64,000 nt of DNA, taken from positions 5,751 through 69,750 of the forward strand of contig JAZSMH010000064.1 in assembly GCA_045535785.1 (NCBI GenBank). The letters are read 5' to 3'. The position numbers and the translations under genes are program-made. Shown piece after piece: positions 47,024 to 57,157 of the stretch. Under the pieces are notes generated by a model. That model did no database searches. It worked only from the letters and a program-made list of their open reading frames with translations, and was not told the DNA's origin. Position 1 is the stretch's first letter. Each line of letters starts with the position of its first letter. The stretch is from Clostridia bacterium (GTDB lineage Bacteria; Bacillota; Clostridia; Christensenellales; DTU072).

Positions 47024-49441
47024 ATGAAAGTAAGTAACAAAGAGTTTCGCACGCTAATTGATCAAAAATTAGCCAAAGTGTTTGGTGTGAAGAGCGAAGA
47101 TGCCACCAAACAAATCATGTACAGGGCACTTAGCCTAGTAACCAAAGATTTAATAACCCAAAAGAGAGTTGAGTCGAAGAAGAAAGTTCGTTCTCAAGGT
47201 AAGAAGATCGTATACTATATGTCAATGGAATTCTTGCTAGGCAGATCTCTCCGTAACCATCTTTATAACATTGATATGCTATCTACCGCTACCAAAGTTA
47301 TGAAAGATATGGGCTTCAACATTGAAGAACTAATGGATATAGAACCCGATGCAGGTCTAGGTAACGGTGGTCTAGGAAGACTAGCCGCTGCATACATGGA
47401 TAGCTTGACGAGCTGTGGATATCCTGCAGGCGGATTTAGTATAAGATACGACTACGGTATCTTCAAACAAAGAATCGTAGACGGATGGCAAATGGAAATG
47501 CCCGACGAATGGCTAAACAACGGCGACGTATGGCTTAATCCTAGAGAACAAGACACCTTCGAAGTTAAATTCGGTGGTAAGGTTGTAGAAGATTGGTCTA
47601 GCGGTAAGTTAAGAGTAACGCAAGAAGGCGCAACCACCATTTTGGCAGTACCTTACGATATGAACGTAACGGGACACGATAGCGAAATCGTCAACACCCT
47701 TAGACTATGGAGCGCACGCGCACCTATGGGATTCGATATGGCGCTCTTTTCACGCGGTGAATACGTTAAGGCTATCGAAGCAAAAGCTATGGCGGAAGCA
47801 ATCAGTAAGGTTCTTTACCCTGCAGATAACCATTACGAAGGTAAGTCTTTAAGACTTCGTCAACAATATTTCTTCGTAAGCGCAAGTATTCAAAGTATCT
47901 TAAAGAGACATCTTCGTTATAACGATAATCTCGACAATCTACCCGAAAAGATAGCTATTCACATTAACGATACTCACCCCACTCTTTGCATACCAGAACT
48001 TATGCGTATACTTCTTGACGAATACGGATATTCTTGGGACGATGCTTGGAAGATAATTACCGAAACGGTATCTTATACCAACCATACCGTTATGCAAGAA
48101 GCGCTAGAAACTTGGCCTCAAGACCTATTCAAGTCGCTCTTACCGCGTATTTATCAAATCGTTTGCGAAATCAACCAACGTTTCTGCAAAGAACTTTGGG
48201 CAAAATATCCTAACCAATGGGATAAGATCAGTGCTAACGCTATCATGAGTGACGGCATTATACGTATGGCTAATATGTGTCTTGCTGCATCTCACACTAT
48301 CAACGGCGTATCGCAACTTCACAGTAATATCTTGATGGACACCGTCTTCAACGATTATTACCAAATGGCTCCCGAGAAGTTCACCAACGTAACTAACGGT
48401 ATCACTCACCGTCGTTGGGTAGGCGAAGCTAACCCTAAGCTTGCCGCATTCCTTAACGAAACTATCGGCAACGGTTGGTTAAAGAACGCAGACGAACTTG
48501 AGAATCTACTTCAATATCAAAACAACCACAACGCTATTGATAAATTGTTCGCAATTAAGAGAGAGAACAAGATAAAACTTGCCGAATACATTAAGAAAGC
48601 GAACGGAATAAGCGTTGATCCTGATAGTATATTCGACGTACAAGTAAAACGTCTACACGAATACAAACGTCAATTACTTAACGCATTGCATATCCTTGAT
48701 CTTTACAATAGAATTAAGGCTAACCCCAATCTCGACATCGTACCTCGTACCTTTATCTTCGGTGCAAAGGCTGCAAGTAGCTATTATATGGCTAAGCAAA
48801 TCATTAGACTTATCTGCACTATCGGTGACGTAGTAAACAACGATCCCGACGTAAAAGGTAAGATAAAAGTAGTATTTATCGAGAACTACCGCGTATCATT
48901 AGCAGAAATGATTATGCCTGCAAGTGACGTAAGTGAACAAATCTCTATCGCAGGTAAAGAAGCAAGCGGTACCGGCAACATGAAGTTCATGATTAACGGT
49001 GCGGTTACTATCGGTACCATGGACGGTGCTAACGTAGAAATCCACGAAAGAGTAGGCGACGAAAATATATTCATCTTCGGTATGCTCGCAGACGAAGTAG
49101 CAAGACTTTATAAAGAAGGCTATAATCCTAGCAACTATTATGCAACCGACAAACGTATCAAGGCTATCATTGATAAGATGAGAGCGGGTATAGGCGACGT
49201 TAACTTCACCGAAATAGCAGATTCTTTGACGCTAGGTCGCGGTGGTCAAGCGGATCCTTACATGTGCCTTGCGGACTTCTCGTCCTATTGCGATGCACAA
49301 ACCGCCCTTAACAACGCTTATCTTGATAAATATCGTTGGGGTAGAATGAGTATAGTCAATATTGCAAAAGCTGGCTTCTTTGCAGCGGACAGATCGGTGG
49401 AGGAATATGCAAAACGCATCTGGAATCTCGAGAAAGTATAG
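47024..49441 (+). CDS. glgP: Glycogen phosphorylase
   Basis: 'GLGNGGLGRLAA', 'KRLHEYKRQ' and 'EASGTGNMKF' motifs. Confidence 0.97.
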   Translation: MKVSNKEFRTLIDQKLAKVFGVKSEDATKQIMYRALSLVTKDLITQKRVESKKKVRSQGKKIVYYMSMEFLLGRSLRNHLYNIDMLSTATKVMKDMGFNIEELMDIEPDAGLGNGGLGRLAAAYMDSLTSCGYPAGGFSIRYDYGIFKQRIVDGWQMEMPDEWLNNGDVWLNPREQDTFEVKFGGKVVEDWSSGKLRVTQEGATTILAVPYDMNVTGHDSEIVNTLRLWSARAPMGFDMALFSRGEYVKAIEAKAMAEAISKVLYPADNHYEGKSLRLRQQYFFVSASIQSILKRHLRYNDNLDNLPEKIAIHINDTHPTLCIPELMRILLDEYGYSWDDAWKIITETVSYTNHTVMQEALETWPQDLFKSLLPRIYQIVCEINQRFCKELWAKYPNQWDKISANAIMSDGIIRMANMCLAASHTINGVSQLHSNILMDTVFNDYYQMAPEKFTNVTNGITHRRWVGEANPKLAAFLNETIGNGWLKNADELENLLQYQNNHNAIDKLFAIKRENKIKLAEYIKKANGISVDPDSIFDVQVKRLHEYKRQLLNALHILDLYNRIKANPNLDIVPRTFIFGAKAASSYYMAKQIIRLICTIGDVVNNDPDVKGKIKVVFIENYRVSLAEMIMPASDVSEQISIAGKEASGTGNMKFMINGAVTIGTMDGANVEIHERVGDENIFIFGMLADEVARLYKEGYNPSNYYATDKRIKAIIDKMRAGIGDVNFTEIADSLTLGRGGQADPYMCLADFSSYCDAQTALNNAYLDKYRWGRMSIVNIAKAGFFAADRSVEEYAKRIWNLEKV

Positions 49442-51164
49442 GCCCGTACTCTTTGACTCTCGTTCTTTACAGTATAAATCACCTTTTGGCGCGGTTTCTA
49501 CCCGTCAAAAGGTCTTTATTTTGTTTCCCGTAAGCAAGGACTTAAATTCGGACAGAGTAAAACTTATCGTTAGACGTAACGCACATTCATTAGAATATAA
49601 ATTGACTTATATGGGCGAAAATTACGGCTACGATAACTATTTCGTCAACTTCACTATAGATAGAGAAGGTACGTATTTTTACCGTTTTGAAGTAGAATCG
49701 GGAGACAAAACCTATTACGTAGGTAGAGATGAAGAAGGCAAGGCTATCATAGGCGAATGGCTACCCGAGTGGCAACTATCGGTATATCAAAGCACTTACG
49801 AAACGCCCGATTACATAAAAGGCGGAGTAATTTATCAAATTTTTTGCGATAGATTCTTCCATTCGGGAGATAAGGTAGTACCTAAGTACGGAGTGCTCAA
49901 AGAATGGCACGAAGACGTAACGGTAGTAGACTCTGACGGAGTCTTTAGAGCGAACGATTTTTACGGCGGTAACTTCAAAGGTATCACCGAAAAATTGGAC
50001 TACCTATCCGATTTAGGCGTAACGGCAATCTACCTTACCCCCATTTTTAAGAGTCACAGTAACCATAGATACGACACCGCCGATTATTCAAAAATCGACG
50101 ACTTACTAGGCACGGAAGAAGATTTTGAACAATTCGTAAAAAGTGCGGAAAGTAAAGGTATCGCGGTTATATTAGACGGCGTATTTAACCACACGGGTGC
50201 GGATAGCGTTTATTTTAACAAGCTAGGAAGATTCCCCGAAGTGGGCGCATATCAAAGCGAAGATAGTAAATACCACGACTGGTTCACGTTCTACGATTTT
50301 CCCGACAGCTACGCTTGTTGGTGGGGTATCACCGTAGTACCCACCGTTGCACGCGACGCGGTAGGTTATCGCGAAATGATAGCGGGCAGTGACGGCATTA
50401 TAAAAAAATGGACGGAAAAAGGCGTAAGGGGTTGGCGACTAGACGTCGTTGACGAACTTACGAGTTCTTTCGTAGAAAAAATAAGAAAGGCTGTAAAAAC
50501 CGTTGATAAGAACGGACTTGTTATAGGTGAAGTTTGGGAAGACGCTAGCACGAAACAAAGCTACGGCGAAGAAAGGCAGTATTTTTACGGACGTCAACTT
50601 GACGGCGTAATGAATTACGTATATAAGGACGCCATTATTAAATATATGTTCGATAATGACTCTAAGTCTTTCGTCAATACCATATATAATATAATGGAAA
50701 ATTATCCAAAACACAGCCTTGACACTTGTTTTACCTTGCTTGATAGCCACGATACGGTGAGAGCAATCAACGTATTTAGCGAAGCGAGAGTGGACGGGGA
50801 TAAGCAGAGAAGAAGGGATTATCGTCTTACCGATAGCGAATACAATCGCGGTAAAAAGAGATTAATGATTGCTAGCGCGATACAATTCTTCTTACCCGGT
50901 GTACCCTGCGTATACTACGGTGACGAAATCGGTATGCAAGGGTTCGAAGATCCCATCAACCGTAGACCTTTTACGTGGGATAATATAGACGACGAAATTT
51001 TGTCACACTATAAATATTTAGGCAAATTAAGAAAAAATTATAGAGAAGATTTTTACGAAAGAGCAGTTTTGGGCACGAAAGGTGATAGCGTGATAATAAA
51101 ACGCGGCAAGCTCACCTTGACGGTTAACCCGAAATCGTGCGACTTTACGATAGAAGTAGAGTAA
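49407..51164 (+). CDS. GH13 amylopullulanase/neopullulanase-like (likely glycogen debranching)
   Basis: 'SNHRYDT', 'DGVFNH', 'GWRLDV', 'GEVW', 'SHD' and 'YYGDE' motifs. Start moved to ATG 49407 after GGAGG. Confidence 0.9.
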   Translation: MQNASGISRKYRPVLFDSRSLQYKSPFGAVSTRQKVFILFPVSKDLNSDRVKLIVRRNAHSLEYKLTYMGENYGYDNYFVNFTIDREGTYFYRFEVESGDKTYYVGRDEEGKAIIGEWLPEWQLSVYQSTYETPDYIKGGVIYQIFCDRFFHSGDKVVPKYGVLKEWHEDVTVVDSDGVFRANDFYGGNFKGITEKLDYLSDLGVTAIYLTPIFKSHSNHRYDTADYSKIDDLLGTEEDFEQFVKSAESKGIAVILDGVFNHTGADSVYFNKLGRFPEVGAYQSEDSKYHDWFTFYDFPDSYACWWGITVVPTVARDAVGYREMIAGSDGIIKKWTEKGVRGWRLDVVDELTSSFVEKIRKAVKTVDKNGLVIGEVWEDASTKQSYGEERQYFYGRQLDGVMNYVYKDAIIKYMFDNDSKSFVNTIYNIMENYPKHSLDTCFTLLDSHDTVRAINVFSEARVDGDKQRRRDYRLTDSEYNRGKKRLMIASAIQFFLPGVPCVYYGDEIGMQGFEDPINRRPFTWDNIDDEILSHYKYLGKLRKNYREDFYERAVLGTKGDSVIIKRGKLTLTVNPKSCDFTIEVE

Positions 51165-51165
51165 T

Positions 51166-51882
51166 ATGGGTGAAGGTAATCATTTGGGACATAGACAACG
51201 CGTTAGAGACCGTATTGAAGCAATGGGGCTGGCGAATATATCGGAAGGCGAAGTTCTAGAATATTTACTATTCCAAGCAATTCCGTATAAGGACACGAAA
51301 AATCTCGCGTTCGAGCTTATCGATAAGTTCGAAACTTTCTACGGCGTATGTAACGCAAGCGAAGAAGAATTAATGAGCGTTTCCAATATGACCAAGGTGG
51401 CGACGTATTTTTTGAGAATGTTCCCACAAATTGTAGAAATCTACGTAAGGGGTAGCTCGGGCAAAAAAGACGCAAGCTCCGCTGTGCGCGCACTAAAATT
51501 TTTACATCAGACGGTACAGGGAGACAACGAAGTATGCTTTATCCTAGGACTAGACAAGAAAGACTACGTAGTTACCTTTAAGAAAATAGCAACCGGCAAC
51601 AAAAGCTCCCTATCCGTTTCGCCCGAAGAGATAGTCAAAGTGTGTCAAGATAATCAAATCAAAAAGCTTATCGTCGCACACAATCATCCATCGGGTAATA
51701 TCGATCCGTCCGATTGTGATTACCACAACACTTATAGGCTAAAAAAACTTTTAGAGAGAGAAAGCATAAAATTCGTCGATCACTACGTAATAAGCGGAAT
51801 GCGCGCGTACAGCATGGAGAATCGTTTTCTTTATAGACTTGACCAAATAGAAGAAGATGAGGTTGTCGATGAGGAGTATTGA
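51166..51882 (+). CDS. radC: RadC family (JAB domain) protein
   Basis: 'GHRQRVR' and 'AHNHPSG...PS..D...DH' motifs. Confidence 0.85.
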   Translation: MGEGNHLGHRQRVRDRIEAMGLANISEGEVLEYLLFQAIPYKDTKNLAFELIDKFETFYGVCNASEEELMSVSNMTKVATYFLRMFPQIVEIYVRGSSGKKDASSAVRALKFLHQTVQGDNEVCFILGLDKKDYVVTFKKIATGNKSSLSVSPEEIVKVCQDNQIKKLIVAHNHPSGNIDPSDCDYHNTYRLKKLLERESIKFVDHYVISGMRAYSMENRFLYRLDQIEEDEVVDEEY

Positions 51883-52297
51883 TTTTATTCCACGCATTGA
51901 TAGCGTAGTTGATAAAAAAATATTAGTAGAAACTGCACCGCTTGTCCTTAGCATGATAGGGGACGGCGTGCACACGCTATTTATTCGCTCAGTGCTTTTC
52001 AGCGATAACCTTTTTAAGAATTCACTTTTACACAACGAGGTGGCAAAAGAGGTTTGCGCAAAGCGCCAAGCAACACTTGCTATAAGAATGGAGAGCGTTC
52101 TTAATGAAGAAGAACTACGCATTTTTAAGAAAGCCAAGAATGCAAAAGTCAACACTTTACCCAAGAACGCAAGTTTGTACGAATACAAATTAGCAAGCGC
52201 CTTCGAAGCGATAACAGGCTACTTGTACATGCTAGGTTCTACCGAAAGACTAGCCGAGATATATGACGCAATATACGACGATAAGGTAACCGAATAA
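51857..52297 (+). CDS. mrnC: Mini-ribonuclease III
   Basis: 'IGDGVHTLFIR', 'V.AKRQA' and 'EYKLASAFEAITGYLY' motifs; directly upstream of rlmB. Confidence 0.85.
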   Translation: MRLSMRSIDFIPRIDSVVDKKILVETAPLVLSMIGDGVHTLFIRSVLFSDNLFKNSLLHNEVAKEVCAKRQATLAIRMESVLNEEELRIFKKAKNAKVNTLPKNASLYEYKLASAFEAITGYLYMLGSTERLAEIYDAIYDDKVTE

Positions 52298-52355
52298 TAA
52301 AATAAGGCAACCCAAAATGAAAAATTAACAAAAAAATAACGTTCGGAGAAGAATT

Positions 52356-53066
52356 ATGATAATAGAAGGAAAGAACGCAGTAAGAGAAGCATTAAGAGGC
52401 AACGTAACTATCGAAAAAGTGCTCGTCCAAAAGGATAGCAAAGGTACTTTTGACTTTATCAAAGAGTGTAGAGATAGGAAGATAAATCTTCACGTTGTAG
52501 ATAAGAGTGCATTGGATAGATTAAGCACGAGCGGTCGTCACCAAGGCGTATTGGCAGTTGCCACAGAGTTTAGCTATAGCGAATTCGATGAATTGTTCAG
52601 CGAGCGCAAAGAAAAAGGCTACCTCTTTATTTTGCTAGACGGTGTAGAAGATCCTCATAACGTAGGCGCAATTATAAGAGTAGCGGACTGCGTAGGCGCG
52701 GACGGAATAATACTACCGCGTAGACGTAACTGTGGAGTTACCGACACCGTTGTTAAAGTGAGTTGCGGAGCAAGCAGTTACGTAAAAATTTGCAAAGTAA
52801 ACAATATCAACGATGCAATTAGAGAATTGAAAGAAAGAGGCGTAATGGTATTCGCTGCCGACATGGACGGCGATAGTATTTACCGCACCAACCTCACCGG
52901 TGACGTTGCTTTCGTAATAGGCGGAGAGGGTAGCGGTGTGCACGCACTCACTAAGAAACTTTGCGACGGCGTAGTCGCACTTCCACAGAACGGCAAAGTT
53001 AATTCTCTTAATGCGTCCGTTGCTACCGGCATAGTGGTTTATGAATGTATTAGACAAAAGGGGTAA
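52356..53066 (+). CDS. rlmB: 23S rRNA (guanosine-2251-2'-O)-methyltransferase
   Basis: 'HQGV', 'EDPHNVGAIIR', 'GGEGSG' and 'SLNASVA' motifs. Confidence 0.93.
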   Translation: MIIEGKNAVREALRGNVTIEKVLVQKDSKGTFDFIKECRDRKINLHVVDKSALDRLSTSGRHQGVLAVATEFSYSEFDELFSERKEKGYLFILLDGVEDPHNVGAIIRVADCVGADGIILPRRRNCGVTDTVVKVSCGASSYVKICKVNNINDAIRELKERGVMVFAADMDGDSIYRTNLTGDVAFVIGGEGSGVHALTKKLCDGVVALPQNGKVNSLNASVATGIVVYECIRQKG

Positions 53067-53069
53067 ATA

Positions 53070-53657
53070 GTGACTGAAGAAGAAAAAAGTTTTGATATAG
53101 AACTTGTCAAGAAAGCACAAAAGGGCGACCTTGACGCACAAGAAACGTTAATAGCGCGCTACGCATGGCTTGCTAGAAGTAAAGCGCGTAATTACTTCCT
53201 TGAAGGCGGCACGCAAGAGGACCTAGCGCAAGAAGGCATGCTCGGCATATGGAAAGCAATTAGAGATTTTAACCCTGAGGTGAGCGACAGCTTCGTTAGT
53301 TTTGCCTCGATGTGCGTAAGTTCGCAAATAAAAGACGCACTGCGCTCGTATACTCGCAACAAGCATAAGATACTTAACGAGGCGGTTAGTCTAACTTCTT
53401 TTGATGAGAACATTCCGCCCGAGTACGTCACCGATCCTATCAACAATTACATAGAGAGCGAGGGCAAAGATAGCTTTTACAAAAAATTAGAATCTATTTG
53501 TTCAGAACAACAGCTCACCGTGCTCAAATATTATTTCGAAGGATACACCTATAGCGAAATTGCTAGCATGAACGATATCCCTGTAAAAAAGGTTGATAAT
53601 ATTTTGCTAGCAATCAAAACGAAAATTAAGAAAAACAAAGACTTATTCATAGAATGA
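53070..53657 (+). CDS. sigH: RNA polymerase sigma-H-like factor
   Basis: 'YFLEGG..EDLAQEGMLG', 'RNKHKILN' and 'KKVDN' motifs; conserved position after rlmB. Confidence 0.8.
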   Translation: MTEEEKSFDIELVKKAQKGDLDAQETLIARYAWLARSKARNYFLEGGTQEDLAQEGMLGIWKAIRDFNPEVSDSFVSFASMCVSSQIKDALRSYTRNKHKILNEAVSLTSFDENIPPEYVTDPINNYIESEGKDSFYKKLESICSEQQLTVLKYYFEGYTYSEIASMNDIPVKKVDNILLAIKTKIKKNKDLFIE

Positions 53658-54490
53658 AACGTGCAATAATCGACGTAGGAAGCAACTCAGTTAGACTGCT
53701 TATAGATAACGAAAAATACGTAGAGAATACCCAACTTAGCGAGAACTTATCGGTAGGTGGGATTTTACAAAAAGAACCAATACTTAGGACGATTGACGCA
53801 ATAGTTAGGTTCTATAATTTTGCACTCAATAACGGCGCGGACAAAATAACCGTCTTCGCTACCGAAGCTGTTCGTAGCGCGAAGAACGGATTCGAGTTCG
53901 TTAATAAATTAAAAGAATATAATATTGACTTAGACGTCATACCTGCAAGTCAGGAATCATTAATTGCATTTTTGGGAGCCTATACTAGCGGAACTCGTGC
54001 GATACTAGATATCGGTGGCGCAAGTAGCGAACTTGTTATCGGTAACGAAACAGGCATTCTTTATTCTTTATCCTTACCCGTTGGTTGCGTTAGATTGAGA
54101 GATTATTCAAGCGATATCGACAGGGTAAAAGACTATGCCAAAAGAATGGCAAAAGGCTACGGTGACCTCCCTTCTTTTGACGGACTGACCGTTATTGGTG
54201 GCACCGCAACTACTTTATGCGCAGTCATAAAAGAACTAGAGCCGTACGATAGAAATAAAGTCCACGGTAGCACGATAACCAGAGAACAATTAATCACAGC
54301 CGTTACAAAAATTCTATCCACGCCCATAGAAGAGCGCCCTTCTATAAAGGGACTCCACCCCAAGCGCATCACCGTCGCCCCCATGGGCGGTATCTGGCTT
54401 CTCGCCATCATGGAACGTCTCAATTTAACCGAAATCACCGTCAGCGAAAGCGACAATCTAGAAGGCAAACTAAAATTAGAAAGTCGTTAA
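53654..54490 (+). CDS. Ppx/GppA-family phosphatase
   Basis: 'IDVGSNSVRL', 'ATEAVR' and 'DIGGASSE' motifs. Confidence 0.88.
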   Translation: MKRAIIDVGSNSVRLLIDNEKYVENTQLSENLSVGGILQKEPILRTIDAIVRFYNFALNNGADKITVFATEAVRSAKNGFEFVNKLKEYNIDLDVIPASQESLIAFLGAYTSGTRAILDIGGASSELVIGNETGILYSLSLPVGCVRLRDYSSDIDRVKDYAKRMAKGYGDLPSFDGLTVIGGTATTLCAVIKELEPYDRNKVHGSTITREQLITAVTKILSTPIEERPSIKGLHPKRITVAPMGGIWLLAIMERLNLTEITVSESDNLEGKLKLESR

Positions 54491-54646
54491 TTTTAAATTT
54501 CTACAAAAATTCTATTACGTCACGCTATCGCGTTTTGCTATTGTTTTGCTATTACTTAAAGACTGCTTTTTAAGGAATTTTTTTGAAAAATAACGAAAGC
54601 AATAATAGAAAGAGTTTTTACGCGCAGAGGAGAAATTTTAGAAAAA

Positions 54647-56632
54647 ATGAAGGATTCTAGAGGATTTGTTTATAAAGAATTAACCGACGGGACTTTAAGC
54701 GTTATTGAATACAAAGGTGTGGAAGTTGACGTTGTTATTCCGAGTCAATGTCAAGGTTTAGCCGTTACCAAGATAGGTAAACGCGCTTTTGCTTCCAAGT
54801 CGATAAAAAGTGTAAAAATGCCCGATACTATTATAGAAATAGACGAGGGTGCTTTTAGCGCTTGTTTTAGCCTAGAAAGAGTAGAATTATCAAAGTCGTT
54901 GTCAATAATACGTAGCAGTGCGTTTAGACTGTGCGAAAATTTGACGTCAATAATATTGCCGGAATCGCTAACGGAAATTGGAGAAAGGGCTTTTCTTGGA
55001 TGTAAGGGCATAACGGATATAACTATCCCTAGCAAAATAGAAAAACTTACCGAGGGTGTGTTCTCTGGTTGTAGCGGTTTGACCTCGGTAATTATGAGCA
55101 GGTCTTTGACGAGCATAGAATATCATGCTTTCTGTGGGTGTTGCAAAATTATTAATTTGGTTATGCCTAATTCTCTCAAGTCCGTAAAGTACGATGCTTT
55201 TCATGGGTGTTCTGCGTTAAAAACCATTATGTTCGGGGATAATCTCGTAGATATCACGAGTAGGGCATTCAGTAATTGTGACAGCCTGTTTAACGTGCTC
55301 GTAACCGAAGGCAACGAAAAATATACTTCCATAGACGGTAACCTATATTCTAAAGACGGCGACACGTTGATCGTGTATGCGTCAGGTAAACGCAATGAGG
55401 AGTTTAGGGTGCCCGAACATGTAAAATCAATATCCGAATATGCCTTTTCAAGCAACAACTATCTAAAAAGAATAGTTATACCAGCCTCGGTGAAGGAACT
55501 TGGAGAAGATGCTTTTCGCGCGGATAATCTTGAGCAAATAATAGTTGAAGAAGATAGCGAATATTATCAATCAATCGACGGTAATTTGTATACGAAGGAC
55601 GGCTTTACGTTTAAGCAGTACGCAAACAATAATCCGCTTCACGACGTTATTATACCTGATGGTGTAAAAAGTATATCAATGGATGCGTTCATTGGAAGCA
55701 ACGTCACCAGCGTCGTTATCCCCGACTCGGTTGTGGAGATAGGCGATGAAGCTTTCTGTAATTGTGCTAAATTATCCAAAGTGACCTTGTCGAACTCTTT
55801 GACTAGGATATCTAGCTATGCGTTTGCAAGGAGCGCACTAACGGAGATTATCATTCCCGATGGCGTAACAATCATTGACGAAGCAGCGTTTTTATTATGT
55901 AAAGAATTAAAAAAATTGGTTATGCCGAAGTCGGTAGTAAGGATCGTTGACGAAGCATTCTATGGTTGTAGTTCGCTCGAAGATTTTACTTTTGGCGACG
56001 TGTTGGAGAGTATATGCGAATACGCCTTCTATGGATGCGACAGCCTTATTAACGTTACCATTCCTAGCTCAATAAAATTCATTGGCAACGACGCATTCAA
56101 AAAATGTAAGAGCCTAGAACGCGTACGCGTAGAAGATAACGACAATTACTATCTAGGCGTAGGGGCTTTTGCCGACTGTCGCAATCTAGAAGAGGTGATC
56201 CTAGGCTACGGCATCAAAGGAATAGACGATGATACCTTCATTGGGTGTGGAAAACTAAAAAAAGTCGTCATGCCCGATAATATTACCATCATCGGCGAGT
56301 ACGCTTTCGCCTATTGTGGCGAATTAGAGAGCGTGAAATTAGGCAACAGCTTAAAGATAATCGACGCAAGAGCCTTTGAGTATTGTTATAAGCTACGCGA
56401 TATCGAGCTACCTAACGGTTTAGAAAAAATTTACGAAAAAGCCTTTTGTGGTTGTAAAAGTCTAACGCGCCTTACTATCCCCGAATCAGTTACGGAAATC
56501 TACAAAAGCATTATCGACGACTGCGACAACCTACAAGAATTCGTCAATCTGTCAAAAGCCGAGCTAAAAGACGACGTCAACGTTATTGAAGATTTTGATA
56601 TTAGTGAAATAATAGATGAAGAAATCGACTAA
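54647..56632 (+). CDS. BspA-type leucine-rich repeat (LRR_5) protein
   Basis: Many 'IPDSVVEIGDEAFCNC..L' repeats and 'Y.SIDGNLY.KDG' inserts. Confidence 0.92.
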   Translation: MKDSRGFVYKELTDGTLSVIEYKGVEVDVVIPSQCQGLAVTKIGKRAFASKSIKSVKMPDTIIEIDEGAFSACFSLERVELSKSLSIIRSSAFRLCENLTSIILPESLTEIGERAFLGCKGITDITIPSKIEKLTEGVFSGCSGLTSVIMSRSLTSIEYHAFCGCCKIINLVMPNSLKSVKYDAFHGCSALKTIMFGDNLVDITSRAFSNCDSLFNVLVTEGNEKYTSIDGNLYSKDGDTLIVYASGKRNEEFRVPEHVKSISEYAFSSNNYLKRIVIPASVKELGEDAFRADNLEQIIVEEDSEYYQSIDGNLYTKDGFTFKQYANNNPLHDVIIPDGVKSISMDAFIGSNVTSVVIPDSVVEIGDEAFCNCAKLSKVTLSNSLTRISSYAFARSALTEIIIPDGVTIIDEAAFLLCKELKKLVMPKSVVRIVDEAFYGCSSLEDFTFGDVLESICEYAFYGCDSLINVTIPSSIKFIGNDAFKKCKSLERVRVEDNDNYYLGVGAFADCRNLEEVILGYGIKGIDDDTFIGCGKLKKVVMPDNITIIGEYAFAYCGELESVKLGNSLKIIDARAFEYCYKLRDIELPNGLEKIYEKAFCGCKSLTRLTIPESVTEIYKSIIDDCDNLQEFVNLSKAELKDDVNVIEDFDISEIIDEEID

Positions 56633-56684
56633 TTTGCAAAATTTACAATTTTCACAAAAAATAACAAAAATATAAAAAATAAAG

Positions 56685-57008
56685 TTAGCGATTTTCGCTA
56701 ACTTTTTCTATAAACTTAATTAGATAAAATTTTTCATCTTCTGACAGTTTTTCGAAGGAGTTGAGTATAGATAATTCTTTCGTATTTATACTATTTTCTA
56801 CGTTAACGATGCCCAAATCGTCCGAATTACCTACAATATAGTCAATTGACACGTTAAAAAGTGCCGAAAGCGCTATTAGTTGCTCTATAGATGGTTGCGT
56901 GCGCGAATTTTCCCAATTGTTATACGTTCCTTGACTTACGTTAAGGATAGAAGCAATCGCCCTTTGCGACAATTTCTTTTCCATACGTAGTTCATATAAT
57001 CTAATCAT
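56685..57008 (-). CDS. XRE-family HTH repressor
   Basis: 'LRMEKKLSQRAIASILNVSQGTYNNWEN...FNVSIDYIVG'. Start moved to ATG 57008 after GAGGTG. Confidence 0.9.
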   Translation of the reverse strand: MIRLYELRMEKKLSQRAIASILNVSQGTYNNWENSRTQPSIEQLIALSALFNVSIDYIVGNSDDLGIVNVENSINTKELSILNSFEKLSEDEKFYLIKFIEKVSENR

Positions 57009-57066
57009 TTTCCGCACCTCTTCTCTTTTTTATACCCATATTGTATAAGAATTCTAATCATTTGTA

Positions 57067-57095
57067 TTGACTTATTAAATAATCTAATCTATAAT
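57067..57095 (+). promoter_or_regulatory. sigma-A promoter of the MACPF gene
   Basis: TTGACT-17 bp-TATAAT with a CTAATC box abutting the -10. Confidence 0.7.
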
Positions 57096-57157
57096 TTATA
57101 ATATAATTAAAAAACTTAATCAAATAATTAAAAACATAAAAAATGGAGGAAGTACAA

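Noticed and set aside
51166-51882. radC as a marker of a mobile element
   Set aside because: It is the full-length chromosomal type, tightly embedded among core genes, with no integrase or conjugation genes.
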